Translations under genes and position numbers: made by a program
The notes under the pieces: model-generated
What the model was told of the DNA's origin: nothing
The model's database searches: none
Seen by the model: only the letters and a program-made list of their open reading frames with translations
Shown here: positions 1-10,210 of the stretch, in pieces
Layout: every line of letters starts with the position of its first letter
How positions within the stretch are numbered: the first letter of the stretch is position 1
DNA from: an uncultured Fidelibacterota bacterium
GTDB taxonomy: Bacteria; Fidelibacterota; UBA8477; JABMPR01
Assembly (NCBI GenBank): GCA_937888365.1
Contig: CALBFA010000043.1
Span: forward strand, 12,498-76,497
Direction of reading: 5' to 3'
DNA: 64,000 bases

Positions 1-1678
1 CTTTAAGGAAAAACTCAATGACAGCGTCCTCATTATTGTCAAAAGATAAAATTTGATAAGCATATTGATGGCCAACACCAACATTTTCTACTGGCTTTGA
101 ATTGATAACAGGAGGGTCGTTTACATATATAAAAAAACTCGTATCGATGCGCGTTCCAAAGCGATAATGTATTTCATGAAAACCAAGTTGCTCTGTTGTA
201 GGTGTCCAAGACAATTCTTTTTGATCCAAAATTTGTGCGCCTTTGGGGTAAGTCAGAAATTGAAGGCCAGCCTCACTGGGTTCGAGAATGTTTTGGGTGG
301 GAAGTCCATGACTAAAGGTTTCACCAACATGCAAAACAAGGTCAGGGATTTTGGTTTCAGTTGGCTTCTTTTCATGCGTTTTACGCTCTAGAACAGGAAC
401 ATCGGGTGAAGGCACTGATAATGTTTCAGCTATTGGTATTGCTTCAATGGGTTTCTCATTTATTGAAACTTCTTCAACGACGTTCTCTTCGGTTTTAGTC
501 TCGAGAGCTTTTGAAGCCGTGGTGTCGGAAGATATGAAATCGTCCTTTTCATCTTCAAAAATATAATGTTGAGTAATTGCGGGATGTAGCCGCATATCTT
601 GAAAATCGTTTTGGACAAGACGTAAATTTTTCCAAGAATCGAAAGTTAGTTCGCCGCTGGTTTGCTCTAAATAAATATTTGATAGATTGAGCTGAATAAA
701 TATTTCAGCTAGCTCGTTTTGATTGTAATCATTTATAAAAATGGCTTTTACAGGAGAAGAGACATTCTTCCAAAGTGAAACGGTTTTTAATTTTTCAGAG
801 AGGGTATAGATATTTCCTAAGTTTGTTCCAGCGAAAAGTGTGAGTCCATTTTCCTCTGAGAAGTGTGTGGCAAAACACGAAAAAATTTCAAAGGAATCAG
901 AGTTCAGCAAATCATAAAAACGAATTTTGTCTAAGGTCTTGACATTGTTTGATGCATAAGCAATAAGCAGGCGATTGCCTTGTTTTTGAACTAATGCGAC
1001 TCTATTAACCATATTTTGCTTATAAGTGATAAGTCTTATAGCTGCTGGATTCTCACTCATTGCTTGCGGCGCTTTGTTCATTTGCCATGAAATATTATCA
1101 ATGTTTCCAAGATTATCAACGCGCCCGATGAGAAGTGATGGCGCTGGAAAACCGGAATAAATTACAATTTCTTGAGTCTGGTCATTATCAATATCTAGAA
1201 TTAGAAGCTCTTTAGGATTAGGAATAGTTTTGCCGGCGATGATATTATTTCTTGAAATTATTTGATTGAAAGTGTTGGTATTCGAATCCCATTCGAATCC
1301 CCAAAGCCATGCGTCGTTACTTTTTGTTGTACCCGAACTTATGTTTTGGCTGATGATAATAATTTCAGGTTTGCCATTTAAATTCAAATCACCCACTTTT
1401 ACGTCAACCCACTTCCTTGACGAAGCGTTTTGATTTTTGCGCCACAGAATAGATTTATTGTTGGTTTCATCATATTCAAAAACAATCACTTCATTACTGT
1501 TTCCAGAGTTCTGTATAGCAACAAAGTTAGGTCTCCCGTTATTATTGAGGTCGCCTAGGGCTTGAATTGAGCTTGCATTAAGTTGAGACTCTTGAGCAAA
1601 GACATTGGATAAAGCTATCAGAAAAAACGAAAACGAGACAAGGCTTTGGAAGCATTTTCGTGATTTTTTCAAGGGCAT
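1..1678 (-). CDS. Secreted FG-GAP/VCBS-like repeat protein, 3' end beyond window (partial)
   Basis: Absent from the ORF track because there is no stop inside the window. I read every minus-frame codon from 1678 down to 2 and found no stop. ATG at 1678 gives MPLKKSRKCFQSLVSFSFFLIALSNVFAQE, which looks like a signal peptide. Alternative in-frame ATGs lie at 1717 and 1756. Repeated GDLNNNGRPNF / GDLNLNGKPEI / LDIDNDQTQEI motifs resemble FG-GAP calcium-binding repeats. Confidence 0.6.
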   Translation of the reverse strand, partial: MPLKKSRKCFQSLVSFSFFLIALSNVFAQESQLNASSIQALGDLNNNGRPNFVAIQNSGNSNEVIVFEYDETNNKSILWRKNQNASSRKWVDVKVGDLNLNGKPEIIIISQNISSGTTKSNDAWLWGFEWDSNTNTFNQIISRNNIIAGKTIPNPKELLILDIDNDQTQEIVIYSGFPAPSLLIGRVDNLGNIDNISWQMNKAPQAMSENPAAIRLITYKQNMVNRVALVQKQGNRLLIAYASNNVKTLDKIRFYDLLNSDSFEIFSCFATHFSEENGLTLFAGTNLGNIYTLSEKLKTVSLWKNVSSPVKAIFINDYNQNELAEIFIQLNLSNIYLEQTSGELTFDSWKNLRLVQNDFQDMRLHPAITQHYIFEDEKDDFISSDTTASKALETKTEENVVEEVSINEKPIEAIPIAETLSVPSPDVPVLERKTHEKKPTETKIPDLVLHVGETFSHGLPTQNILEPSEAGLQFLTYPKGAQILDQKELSWTPTTEQLGFHEIHYRFGTRIDTSFFIYVNDPPVINSKPVENVGVGHQYAYQILSFDNNEDAVIEFFLK

Positions 1679-2194
1679 GCTTAAAGTTGGTTCTTTCAAA
1701 TAGTTGTGATTTTGCATATTCTTTTTCTTTTTCTTTAAAAGTATCGGACATCTCATCGGATTGCAATAGAAATCTAGTGTGATAGGGGGTTTAATGATTT
1801 GGTCCCTAGGACGAATAAAGGATGAAGTTTAAATTGGTTAATTGATTTGATAATTCTAAAAATCACATGGCAATAAAACGGAAACTTTGTTGTGAGTGAT
1901 CAGTAAATATTTTAATGAAAACGTCTAATTGTTGGACAAAACAATTTTATTTAACTTCCCCTATTTTACTTTTTCTAGCGTATGGTTTTGGTTGTTGAAA
2001 GCTTCGTTTTGACTATTTTTGCCGGGGTAAAAACAGGCATGTTTTTTATCCTAACAAAGAGTATTGGGTGATGTAATTATTTAATATAAATAATAGACCA
2101 AACGAAGCCTATCGATTATATTCATTAACATCCCTCAAAACTCATAATTTTCGCTGTCTTTGCGCCCAATGGGACTGAGATGGCGGAGCATTAG

Positions 2195-2809
2195 GTGAAA
2201 ATGAATAAAAACTTATTTATACACCCTCAAACAATAACAAAGAATATGAGGGAGAAGAAAAACAAGCACAAAAGTGCTATTGTTTGGCTCACAGGATTAT
2301 CTGGTTCCGGCAAATCTACTATTGCCTATGCTTTGGAAGCATATTTATTTGGGAAAAATTATCAAAGCGTGGTGTTAGACGGCGATAACGTACGCTTAGG
2401 AATAAATAGTGATTTAAGTTTTACGCAAAAAGACAGAAGCGAAAATATTAGAAGAGTCTCAGAGCTTGCGAAGCTATTTTCTAATTTAGGACACATTGTA
2501 ATTTGCTCATTTGTGTCTCCTTTTCAATTAGATCGAGATAAAGCACGGAAAACGACAAGTTCTGAAACGTATTTTGAAATATATATTAAGTGTTCGATTA
2601 AGACGACAGAATCGAGAGACCCTAAAGGCTTGTATAAAAAGGCTAAAGGAGGGGAAATCGATTCCTTTACGGGCGTCACTTCGCCTTATGAAGAACCCGT
2701 TTCTCCTGATTTAATTGTTGATACTGAACTTAATAATATTGAGGAAAGCGTAATAATGATTATCGAACTTTTAGCAAACAATGGAATAATAAGAGGCAAA
2801 TACGATTAA
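2195..2809 (+). CDS. cysC: Adenylylsulfate (APS) kinase
   Basis: Intact P-loop [12 protein letters not shown], plus [20 protein letters not shown] and DPKGLYKKA motifs typical of CysC. Start is GTG 2195, with alternative ATG 2201. Confidence 0.9.
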   Translation: MKMNKNLFIHPQTITKNMREKKNKHKSAIVWLTGLSGSGKSTIAYALEAYLFGKNYQSVVLDGDNVRLGINSDLSFTQKDRSENIRRVSELAKLFSNLGHIVICSFVSPFQLDRDKARKTTSSETYFEIYIKCSIKTTESRDPKGLYKKAKGGEIDSFTGVTSPYEEPVSPDLIVDTELNNIEESVIMIIELLANNGIIRGKYD

Positions 2810-3728
2810 CATTAGTAAAAAAGAAAATTATCGCTTAAGCAATTTAGACGCATTAGAAGCTGAAAGCATCCACATTATTCGAGAGGTCGCGGCTGAGTTT
2901 GAAAATCCTGTTATGTTGTATTCTATAGGAAAAGATTCATCAGTTATGGTTAGATTGGCTCAAAAAGCATTTTATCCAGGGAAAATCCCTTTTCCGCTGC
3001 TTCATGTTGATTCGAATTGGAAATTTAGAGAAATGATTCAGTTTAGAGACACGTTTTGCCGCAATCAAAATATTGATTTAATTGTGCATAAAAACAAAAC
3101 TGGAATCGAATCCGGAGTGGGTCCTTTCACGCATGGGTCAAAAGTACATACGGATATCATGAAGACACAAGCGCTCCTGCAAGCCCTCAATAAATATAAA
3201 TTTGACGCTGCATTCGGAGGCGCGCGCCGTGATGAAGAAAAATCTCGAGCCAAAGAACGAATATTTAGTTTTCGCGACAAATTCCATCAATGGAACCCAA
3301 AAAATCAACGCCCAGAGTTATGGAGTTTATACAATTCAAAAATAGGGCAAGGCGAAAGTATTCGCGTTTTTCCAATCTCAAATTGGACAGAACTTGATAT
3401 CTGGCAGTATATCCGTAAGGAACAAATTCCAATTGTCCCTCTATATTTTTCAAAAAAGCGTCCAGTTGTAGAAATTGACGGTCAATTAATTTTGGTTGAT
3501 GACGATCGATTCCCCGCATCATTAAAAGAAAATATTTCACTTCGAGATGTGAGGTTTAGAACGCTAGGATGTTATCCTTTAACGGGCGCAATTAAATCGA
3601 CTGCGACAACAATTGAGCAAATAATCGAAGAAATGATGACGGAAACGAAAAGTGAAAGAACGACTCGAGTAATAGATTCTGATCAAGAGGCCTCTATGGA
3701 ACAAAAGAAACGCGAAGGCTATTTCTAA
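2805..3728 (+). CDS. cysD: Sulfate adenylyltransferase subunit 2
   Basis: [32 protein letters not shown] matches the CysD N-terminus almost residue for residue, and the PAPS-reductase-like fold motifs continue downstream. The first ATG (2913) would remove about 30 conserved residues. The open frame 2793-2912 has no ATG, GTG or TTG. ATT 2805 (GAGG 8 nt upstream) or ATT 2811 is the likely start. Confidence 0.88.
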   Translation: MNISKKENYRLSNLDALEAESIHIIREVAAEFENPVMLYSIGKDSSVMVRLAQKAFYPGKIPFPLLHVDSNWKFREMIQFRDTFCRNQNIDLIVHKNKTGIESGVGPFTHGSKVHTDIMKTQALLQALNKYKFDAAFGGARRDEEKSRAKERIFSFRDKFHQWNPKNQRPELWSLYNSKIGQGESIRVFPISNWTELDIWQYIRKEQIPIVPLYFSKKRPVVEIDGQLILVDDDRFPASLKENISLRDVRFRTLGCYPLTGAIKSTATTIEQIIEEMMTETKSERTTRVIDSDQEASMEQKKREGYF

Positions 3729-3731
3729 CGA

Positions 3732-4856
3732 ATGTCATCTAGACATCAACTCATCTGGTTCTCAGAAATAAAATGGGACTATTTGATGACTCGAAAACAG
3801 CAGATCCTTACGCGCTTTCCACATCGTTGGGACATTTTATTCATCGAACCCTATGGATTAGGAAAAGCACAACACTGGAAATCAGTCAAGCGGGAAAATA
3901 TTACGGTCATCACAATCCCGTTTATGAAAACCATCCCTCATAGTAGATTAGCGAGGGTTCAATCAAATAATTTGGTCCAAATCATGTTTTCATGGTTTAT
4001 CACTATTTATCTTCAGATTGTATTGTTTAAATTGGGGTTCAATAAATCATCACGCCTTATTGGACTCAGCAATGTTTATTGGGGAAAGATAGCGTCAAAA
4101 CTCAAAGCCACACTCCATTTTTACGATGCAAATGACGGCCACTTAGATTTTCCTAATACACCTATTTGGTTGAAGGAATATTTGCATCAATATTTACAAA
4201 AGTCGGAGATTAACTTTTCTGTAAGTCCTGAGATTTCGAAAAAGATTAGCGACTTGGGTGCTCGAAATATTATTAATCTCGGGAACGGGGTCAATTTTCA
4301 TCATTTTAATTCGCCTCAAAACACACCCGAAGAACTTCAAAACATTGAAAAGCCTATTCTAGGATATGCTGGAGCGATGGATTGGCTAGACATAGATTTA
4401 GTTCAGAAAATTTGTATCGCTTTCCCAAACTATGAGATTGTACTTATCGGACCTGAGATTGAAGTGGGTTGGTATAAAAAACAAGTGAACTTTCAGGGAT
4501 TGAAAAATATTCGATATTTAGGAAAAGTTAATTACAGAGATTTACCTGCCTACGTTCAATCATTTAAAGTGGCTTTGATTCCTTTTGTTGTAAACGAACT
4601 CACCAGGCCTTTAAATCCGAACAAATTATACGAGTATAGCGCCGCTGGAAAAGTGGTCGTTTCCATGAATTACTCTTCAACAATTCAGAAGCTGAAAGAT
4701 ATTATTTTTGTCGGAAATACGCACGAGGAGTTTCTTGAGCAAATTGAAATAGCAATCGAAACCCCCAAAAACGAAGTCGGGATTCATTTAGCAAAACAAA
4801 ATAGTTGGGATGATATATCGAGAAAAATGGAAAATTCACTATTGGAAACGATTTGA
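3732..4856 (+). CDS. Glycosyltransferase, GT1-type (TuaH-like)
   Basis: N-terminal W-x-x-L-x-x-R-x-Q motif (WDYLMTRKQQILTRF). C-terminal GT-B half has VLIGP, NIRYLGKVNYRDLPAY and NPNKLYEYSAAGKVVVS. Confidence 0.6.
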   Translation: MSSRHQLIWFSEIKWDYLMTRKQQILTRFPHRWDILFIEPYGLGKAQHWKSVKRENITVITIPFMKTIPHSRLARVQSNNLVQIMFSWFITIYLQIVLFKLGFNKSSRLIGLSNVYWGKIASKLKATLHFYDANDGHLDFPNTPIWLKEYLHQYLQKSEINFSVSPEISKKISDLGARNIINLGNGVNFHHFNSPQNTPEELQNIEKPILGYAGAMDWLDIDLVQKICIAFPNYEIVLIGPEIEVGWYKKQVNFQGLKNIRYLGKVNYRDLPAYVQSFKVALIPFVVNELTRPLNPNKLYEYSAAGKVVVSMNYSSTIQKLKDIIFVGNTHEEFLEQIEIAIETPKNEVGIHLAKQNSWDDISRKMENSLLETI

Positions 4857-5836
4857 TTAAACCAATTTTTTTGCTAGGGTCACATAAATCTGGTACGAGT
4901 TTGCTGAGAGCTCTGTTTGACAACCACTCTCAAGTCTTTTCAATACCAATTGAGACGCATTTTGCTCATTTTTTGGGTTGGTGGACGAGATATCCATTTT
5001 TACGAACAAAAAAGAAAAACTATTCTCTTGAAGAATTTGAAAATAATGCGAGTAAATGGATTCATACTTGTAATACATCCAATGATCCGTATGGAGATAG
5101 TCAAGCAAGCGGATTGTTTGATGAGACTTTGTTTAAAGAAGAAATGGGGAAGCTTAATTCTAATTCCTCGGAGATGACTAAAATTGACCAATATTTCCGC
5201 TCTATCTATTCCGTGATCAACAAAAAAGCTGCTCCCGAAGATTTGCGATTTATTGAAAAAACTGTTGAAAACAGTGAGCATGCAATACGTATCGCTAGCT
5301 TATATCCAGATGCTAAATTCATACATATTTTAAGAAATCCTTATGCTAATTTAGTGACGCTTCGGAGATATCTACAAAAAATGAAAAAAAGCTACCCTCA
5401 TCTTGATTCACTTATAAAATCAATTTATGATAGTTTTTACTTTGCGGATTTTAACAGCACAAATATTGAAAATTATAAAATAATATATTATAAAGATCTT
5501 GTGACAAATCCACAAAAAATCATGAAGGATCTGGCGTTATTTGTCGAGATAGATTTTGAAGAAAACTTACTTACACCGAGCTATTTAGGTTCGTCTTGGG
5601 GTGGAAATTCTGTTTCGGGTAATAAATTTAAAGGTGTTTCATCGGCTCGAATCAATGCCTGGAAAAAAGATATTAACAGTTTAGAAATTGAAGTCGTGAA
5701 TGCTGTCATGGGGGTTGCTATCGAAAGAAATGACTATAAAAAAATTAAAGCAAAAAACAGAATTTTAATACCACAAAAAAGAGAATATTTTAGAGCCTAT
5801 CTAGGAAATAGGATTTTGCTAAAAAGACCATTTTAA
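4853..5836 (+). CDS. Sulfotransferase family protein
   Basis: 5'-PSB-like PAPS loop GSHKSGTSLL and 3'-PB-like ILRNPYANLVTLRRY. TTG start overlaps the upstream stop by 4 nt. Confidence 0.75.
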   Translation: MIKPIFLLGSHKSGTSLLRALFDNHSQVFSIPIETHFAHFLGWWTRYPFLRTKKKNYSLEEFENNASKWIHTCNTSNDPYGDSQASGLFDETLFKEEMGKLNSNSSEMTKIDQYFRSIYSVINKKAAPEDLRFIEKTVENSEHAIRIASLYPDAKFIHILRNPYANLVTLRRYLQKMKKSYPHLDSLIKSIYDSFYFADFNSTNIENYKIIYYKDLVTNPQKIMKDLALFVEIDFEENLLTPSYLGSSWGGNSVSGNKFKGVSSARINAWKKDINSLEIEVVNAVMGVAIERNDYKKIKAKNRILIPQKREYFRAYLGNRILLKRPF

Positions 5837-6979
5837 ATGCACATTTTAATTATTGCATCTTGGTATCCATCACCTCTCTCTTCCTATTCGGGTAATTTTG
5901 TCCAAGAACAGGTGGAGGCACTTTCAAAATCTGGATTAAAAGTTGGCGTTATTTCCTCAGTATTTTCACCCACTATAACGTTTAAAATATTTCAATCAAT
6001 TAGGGATAAGAATTATTTTTTAGCTCAAAAATCTTTTACAAAACGATTTTCATTTCTCCCGAGTAGCACCAATTATTATTGGGTAAACAATGGTTTAGAA
6101 TTATTTAAATCATATTGTGAAACGCAAGGTGTACCCGACGTAATTCATGCTCATTCGGCTCTTTATGGGGGTCGGTTGGCACTAAGCATCAAAAAACAAT
6201 TCAATATCCCTTTTATATTAACGGAGCATTCTTCCTTTCTACTTCAGAAAAAACTTCCTTGGTGGCAATTAAAAATGGCGAGGGCCGTTTATAGAAATTC
6301 CTACTTAAACATTGCTGTAAGTCGATACTTGAAAGAAAAAATTCAGCAAAACTTTAATCTAGATAAAGAAAAATGGCGTGTTTTGCCTAACATGATTAAT
6401 GATTCGTTTTTTGTATCGGAATTACATCAACCGGCCAAAGAAAAATTCATATTTTTAATTATTGGTATGCTCATACATGTCAAAGGACATCATAAGCTTT
6501 TAAAAGCTTTCGCGTTAGTAAGTGAGCAACTCTCGCTAGGAACTAAAATTAGAATTGTAGGTGACGGCCCACAAAAAGAATCTCTGTTGAATTTGGCGAA
6601 AGAATTAGGGATAGAATCACAGATTGAATGGCATGACTCGGTTCCCTCGACTGAAATTGCACATATGATTCAAGATGCTCATGTAATAGTCTCCTCCAGT
6701 GAGGCGGAAACATTTGGGCTCGTCTTAGTCGAAGCTTTGGCTTTAGGTAGACCTGTTGTAGCACTTGATAGTGGAGGACCGAGAGACATTGTCAATGATA
6801 GCGTTGGTTTTTTAATCCCTCAAGGATTTATCGAAGATTTTTCACAAGCACTAGTGAATATTCAGAAAAATTATTCTAACTATTCCCCTGAAAAGCTGAG
6901 ACATTATACTCAAGAGCGATTTCATTCAAGTGTGATTATTAATTCACTTTACTCCGCCTATAAAGAGATTGTTGCATAA
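5837..6979 (+). CDS. Glycosyltransferase family 4
   Basis: Typical GT4 C-terminal motif SSSEAETFGLVLVEALALGRPVVALDSGGPRDIV. The start abuts the upstream stop. Confidence 0.85.
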   Translation: MHILIIASWYPSPLSSYSGNFVQEQVEALSKSGLKVGVISSVFSPTITFKIFQSIRDKNYFLAQKSFTKRFSFLPSSTNYYWVNNGLELFKSYCETQGVPDVIHAHSALYGGRLALSIKKQFNIPFILTEHSSFLLQKKLPWWQLKMARAVYRNSYLNIAVSRYLKEKIQQNFNLDKEKWRVLPNMINDSFFVSELHQPAKEKFIFLIIGMLIHVKGHHKLLKAFALVSEQLSLGTKIRIVGDGPQKESLLNLAKELGIESQIEWHDSVPSTEIAHMIQDAHVIVSSSEAETFGLVLVEALALGRPVVALDSGGPRDIVNDSVGFLIPQGFIEDFSQALVNIQKNYSNYSPEKLRHYTQERFHSSVIINSLYSAYKEIVA

Positions 6980-6981
6980 CA

Positions 6982-8301
6982 ATGACATCTAAAAAACAAC
7001 TTGCATTCAATCTAAGCTCTACCTTTCTGAGACAAGTCGGAATAACAGTATTTCAGTTGGCTTTCACCGTTCTTTTGGCTCGAAATTTGGGCAAAGATAA
7101 CTATGGGGCATATGCTCTCGCTCTAATGCTTCCCCAGTTATTAATGAAAATCCTTAACCTGGGTTTAGGGTCTTCTGTCGTATATTTTCTTGCTCGCAAG
7201 GAACTCTCAATAAAAAATGCTATTTTCAAAGTTGTTCAACTCAGTGCATTTACGACAGTGCTTGCGCTATTGGCAGATGCGATTATTATATTTTTATTTG
7301 GAGACACCTTTTTCCAAAATGTTCCAACCAATGCACTTATTTTAGCTTCCGTTCTTTTCCCCGTTTTGATATTGCAAGAACTCTTACCCAATATTTTTTT
7401 AGGACTTCAAAAATTTTCAACTTATAACGTGAGTTATGTCGTTTTCCCCGTTTTCTCTCTCATTATTGTTTGGTTAATGATTCTGTTTTACAATTTTGAT
7501 GTTACTTGGGCACTCGGAGCTTTTGGGGCAGGTCAGTTTATTTCAATTTTAACGCTATTAATATTACTGAAACGAGAACAATTGCGTGAAATAGATGAGG
7601 TAACCAGTGTTTCATGGTCGCAACTGCTTTCATTTTCGTGGAAAATTCACGCCGCAAATATTGTTGGTTTTCTTAACTATCGAATTGATATTTTTTTGGT
7701 CAATTTTTTGGCGAATACGGCAACGGTAGGGATATATTTTATCGCAGTCCAAATAGCTGAAAAACTTTGGTTGTTGTCCCAAGCCGTAAACACAGCTGTT
7801 TTTCCCCATCTTTCACAGAAATATAAAAGAAGCAAGCTCGATACAAGTGCGACGGAAATTCTAGGTTCAACTACATTTTTATTAACAATATTAGCGTCTA
7901 TAATCTTGACGCTTTGTGCAAATGCCATCATTAAAACGTTTTTTGGGGAGGTATTTATTGAAGCGTCTGTTGTTTTGATATATTTATTACCTGGCATTAT
8001 CGCAACAAGTGTCGGTCGTATTTTATCAAATGATTTTAGTGCAAGAGGCGAGCCTCAACTCAACATCTATGTCGGGCTGTTTACGGTCATTTCAAATGTT
8101 ATAGCAAATTTGTATTTCATTCCCAAAATGGGTGCAAGGGGAGCCGCCTTGGCAACAAGTTTAAGTTACGGCCTTAGCCTAATCATTAAGCTATTCATCT
8201 ATTTTCAATTGGTAAAAGTACCATTTTGGAGAGTTCTATTTCCTGGAAAAGCATTAATTGATATAGGGAAAAGTATCATCGCAAATAGAAAAATAATCTG
8301 A
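6982..8301 (+). CDS. wzx: Oligosaccharide/polysaccharide flippase (Wzx, MOP superfamily)
   Basis: 439 aa and hydrophobic throughout (about 12 TM segments). It sits inside a glycan operon and has the [10 protein letters not shown] late motif typical of Wzx/MurJ-like flippases. Confidence 0.8.
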   Translation: MTSKKQLAFNLSSTFLRQVGITVFQLAFTVLLARNLGKDNYGAYALALMLPQLLMKILNLGLGSSVVYFLARKELSIKNAIFKVVQLSAFTTVLALLADAIIIFLFGDTFFQNVPTNALILASVLFPVLILQELLPNIFLGLQKFSTYNVSYVVFPVFSLIIVWLMILFYNFDVTWALGAFGAGQFISILTLLILLKREQLREIDEVTSVSWSQLLSFSWKIHAANIVGFLNYRIDIFLVNFLANTATVGIYFIAVQIAEKLWLLSQAVNTAVFPHLSQKYKRSKLDTSATEILGSTTFLLTILASIILTLCANAIIKTFFGEVFIEASVVLIYLLPGIIATSVGRILSNDFSARGEPQLNIYVGLFTVISNVIANLYFIPKMGARGAALATSLSYGLSLIIKLFIYFQLVKVPFWRVLFPGKALIDIGKSIIANRKII

Positions 8302-8308
8302 AGATAAT

Positions 8309-10165
8309 ATGAGTATTAGTACCTTTTTAGATCAAGACGAAAAGAAAGATCTGCTTAGATTTATTACAGCAGGTTCGGTAGATGATGGGAAATCAACTTT
8401 AATCGGCCGTTTATTGTATGATAGTAAGCTGTTGTATGAAGATCAGCTTGCCACCCTAGCTCAAGAGAGCAAAAGGCAAGGTTCTGCTGGTGCCGATATT
8501 GATTACGCGTTATTATTAGATGGATTGAAAGCTGAACGAGAGCAAGGAATAACCATCGACGTCGCGTATCGGTATTTTTCCACAAATAAACGAAAATTTA
8601 TTATTGCAGATACGCCTGGTCATGAGCAATACACACGAAACATGGTAACAGGCGCATCCACATCTCAACTTGCAATCGTTTTAATTGATGCCGAAAAAGG
8701 CGTTATTACACAAACCAAGCGGCATACATTTTTGATTGATCTTCTGGGAATAAAACACCTAATAGTGGCAATCAATAAAATGGATCTAGTTAACTATGCC
8801 CAAAATATATTTGATGAAATAGTCGAATCATTTAAATCTTTTTCGGCTAGACTATCAATACCTCATATCGAGTTTGTTCCTCTATCAGCTCTACGGGGAG
8901 ATAATGTCGTGGATGTCTCAGGAAAGATGCCTTGGTATCTTGGGAAAACACTTATGTCCATGCTGGAGACAATCCATATTTCAAATGCTTTTAATATGAT
9001 AGATTTTCGATATCCTGTACAATATGTCTTGCGACCTGATGGAAAATATCGTGGCTTTGCAGGGAGAATTGCTTCTGGAATTATTCGTGTGGGCGATGAG
9101 CTTATCGTGTTGCCATCACATTTAAAAACACGTGTAAAATCCATTAATGTCTCAACGCAAAATCAGAGTTACGCATTTGCTGGTCAATCCGTCAGTTTGG
9201 AACTTGAAGACGAAATTGATATTAGCCGAGGCGATTTACTCGTGCATCCTCAAAACATGCCTAAAACAGGACATACTTTTGATTCAACTTTGGTTTGGAT
9301 GGCTACTTCGCCGTTTGATGCATCAAGAACCTATCTTCTTAAACATACAACGCGTATTGTTAAAGCTCGTTTGAGTGAGATTCGGTATAAAATTGATGTC
9401 AATACCATGCATCGTTCGTCTGTTAAAACCTTGGGAATGAATGATATAGCAAGAGTCGCCGTTACAACACAAGAGGCCTTAAGTTTTGATGCCTATATTA
9501 AAAATAAAGAGACGGGCGCATTTGTCGTTATTGATGAACTGAGTCATGAAACAGTTGCCGTGGGTATGATTTTAGATAGGGTCGCAGAAGATGTTCCTCA
9601 ATCTCAAAAACGAACATTTGAAAGAGTCAATTATTCACAGGATAGTCTAGTGACGACTCAACAACGACTTAATAGCTATCAACAAAAAGCGCTAACATTT
9701 TGGGTCTCTTGCAATCAGCTATCTGAATGTAAAACATTCGCCTATGAGCTCGAAAAACGATTGTTTGAATCCGGAAAACATGTTGTTGTGTTGGATGCAT
9801 CGCTTGTAGGACCACTTCTTCAAGATAAGATTACTCTCATAGACGATTTCCAATACAACGAGTATCTTAAAATATTCGAGTTGGCAAAATTATTAAATGA
9901 CAATGGATTAATTGCCATCGTGAACGTTCCAATCCACAACATTTCACTAAAGCAGGATATTAAAAAAAATATTTACACAAAATCCCTAGTTGAAGTTTTT
10001 TTTGAAGTTTCTCTAAAAAAGAATAATAAGAGCCAATCTGATGCTGATTCTGAGAGTGACAAAGTAGAATCCAGGGAACAAATTTATTGTGTTTCCCAAA
10101 ATAATTGGGAGCAAATAATTACGAGGCTGTCAAAACTAGTGGAACCAGAAATCGACTGTTCGTGA
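8309..10165 (+). CDS. cysN: Sulfate adenylyltransferase subunit 1 (GTPase) fused to a degenerate APS-kinase-like domain
   Basis: GTPase motifs [14 protein letters not shown] and NKMD, then EF-Tu-like beta-barrel domains. The C-terminal ~170 aa align to CysC, but the P-loop reads [11 protein letters not shown]. Confidence 0.9.
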   Translation: MSISTFLDQDEKKDLLRFITAGSVDDGKSTLIGRLLYDSKLLYEDQLATLAQESKRQGSAGADIDYALLLDGLKAEREQGITIDVAYRYFSTNKRKFIIADTPGHEQYTRNMVTGASTSQLAIVLIDAEKGVITQTKRHTFLIDLLGIKHLIVAINKMDLVNYAQNIFDEIVESFKSFSARLSIPHIEFVPLSALRGDNVVDVSGKMPWYLGKTLMSMLETIHISNAFNMIDFRYPVQYVLRPDGKYRGFAGRIASGIIRVGDELIVLPSHLKTRVKSINVSTQNQSYAFAGQSVSLELEDEIDISRGDLLVHPQNMPKTGHTFDSTLVWMATSPFDASRTYLLKHTTRIVKARLSEIRYKIDVNTMHRSSVKTLGMNDIARVAVTTQEALSFDAYIKNKETGAFVVIDELSHETVAVGMILDRVAEDVPQSQKRTFERVNYSQDSLVTTQQRLNSYQQKALTFWVSCNQLSECKTFAYELEKRLFESGKHVVVLDASLVGPLLQDKITLIDDFQYNEYLKIFELAKLLNDNGLIAIVNVPIHNISLKQDIKKNIYTKSLVEVFFEVSLKKNNKSQSDADSESDKVESREQIYCVSQNNWEQIITRLSKLVEPEIDCS

Positions 10166-10210
10166 AGCGTGTCCAAAAAATTAAAAAAAAGACGCAATAA
10201 AAGGAATAGA

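Noticed and set aside
167-566. Two + strand ORFs (74 and 71 aa) from the track
   Set aside because: They lie entirely antisense to the continuous 559-codon minus-strand FG-GAP-like gene. Their composition is low-complexity and looks like shadow ORFs.
1578-1766. 62-aa minus-strand ORF overlapping the start of the FG-GAP-like gene
   Set aside because: It is in a different frame from the long ORF. The long frame supplies a proper signal peptide from ATG 1678, so this one is most likely an out-of-frame artefact.
1767-2194. Possible riboswitch or leader upstream of the sulfur-activation operon
   Set aside because: I could not find the conserved cores of SAM-type or other sulfur-related riboswitches by eye. 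The region is AT-rich with no convincing multi-stem structure. It remains untested without a covariance-model scan.
3065-3540. Minus-strand ORFs of 71 and 91 aa inside cysD
   Set aside because: They are antisense to a strongly conserved coding region and have no motifs.
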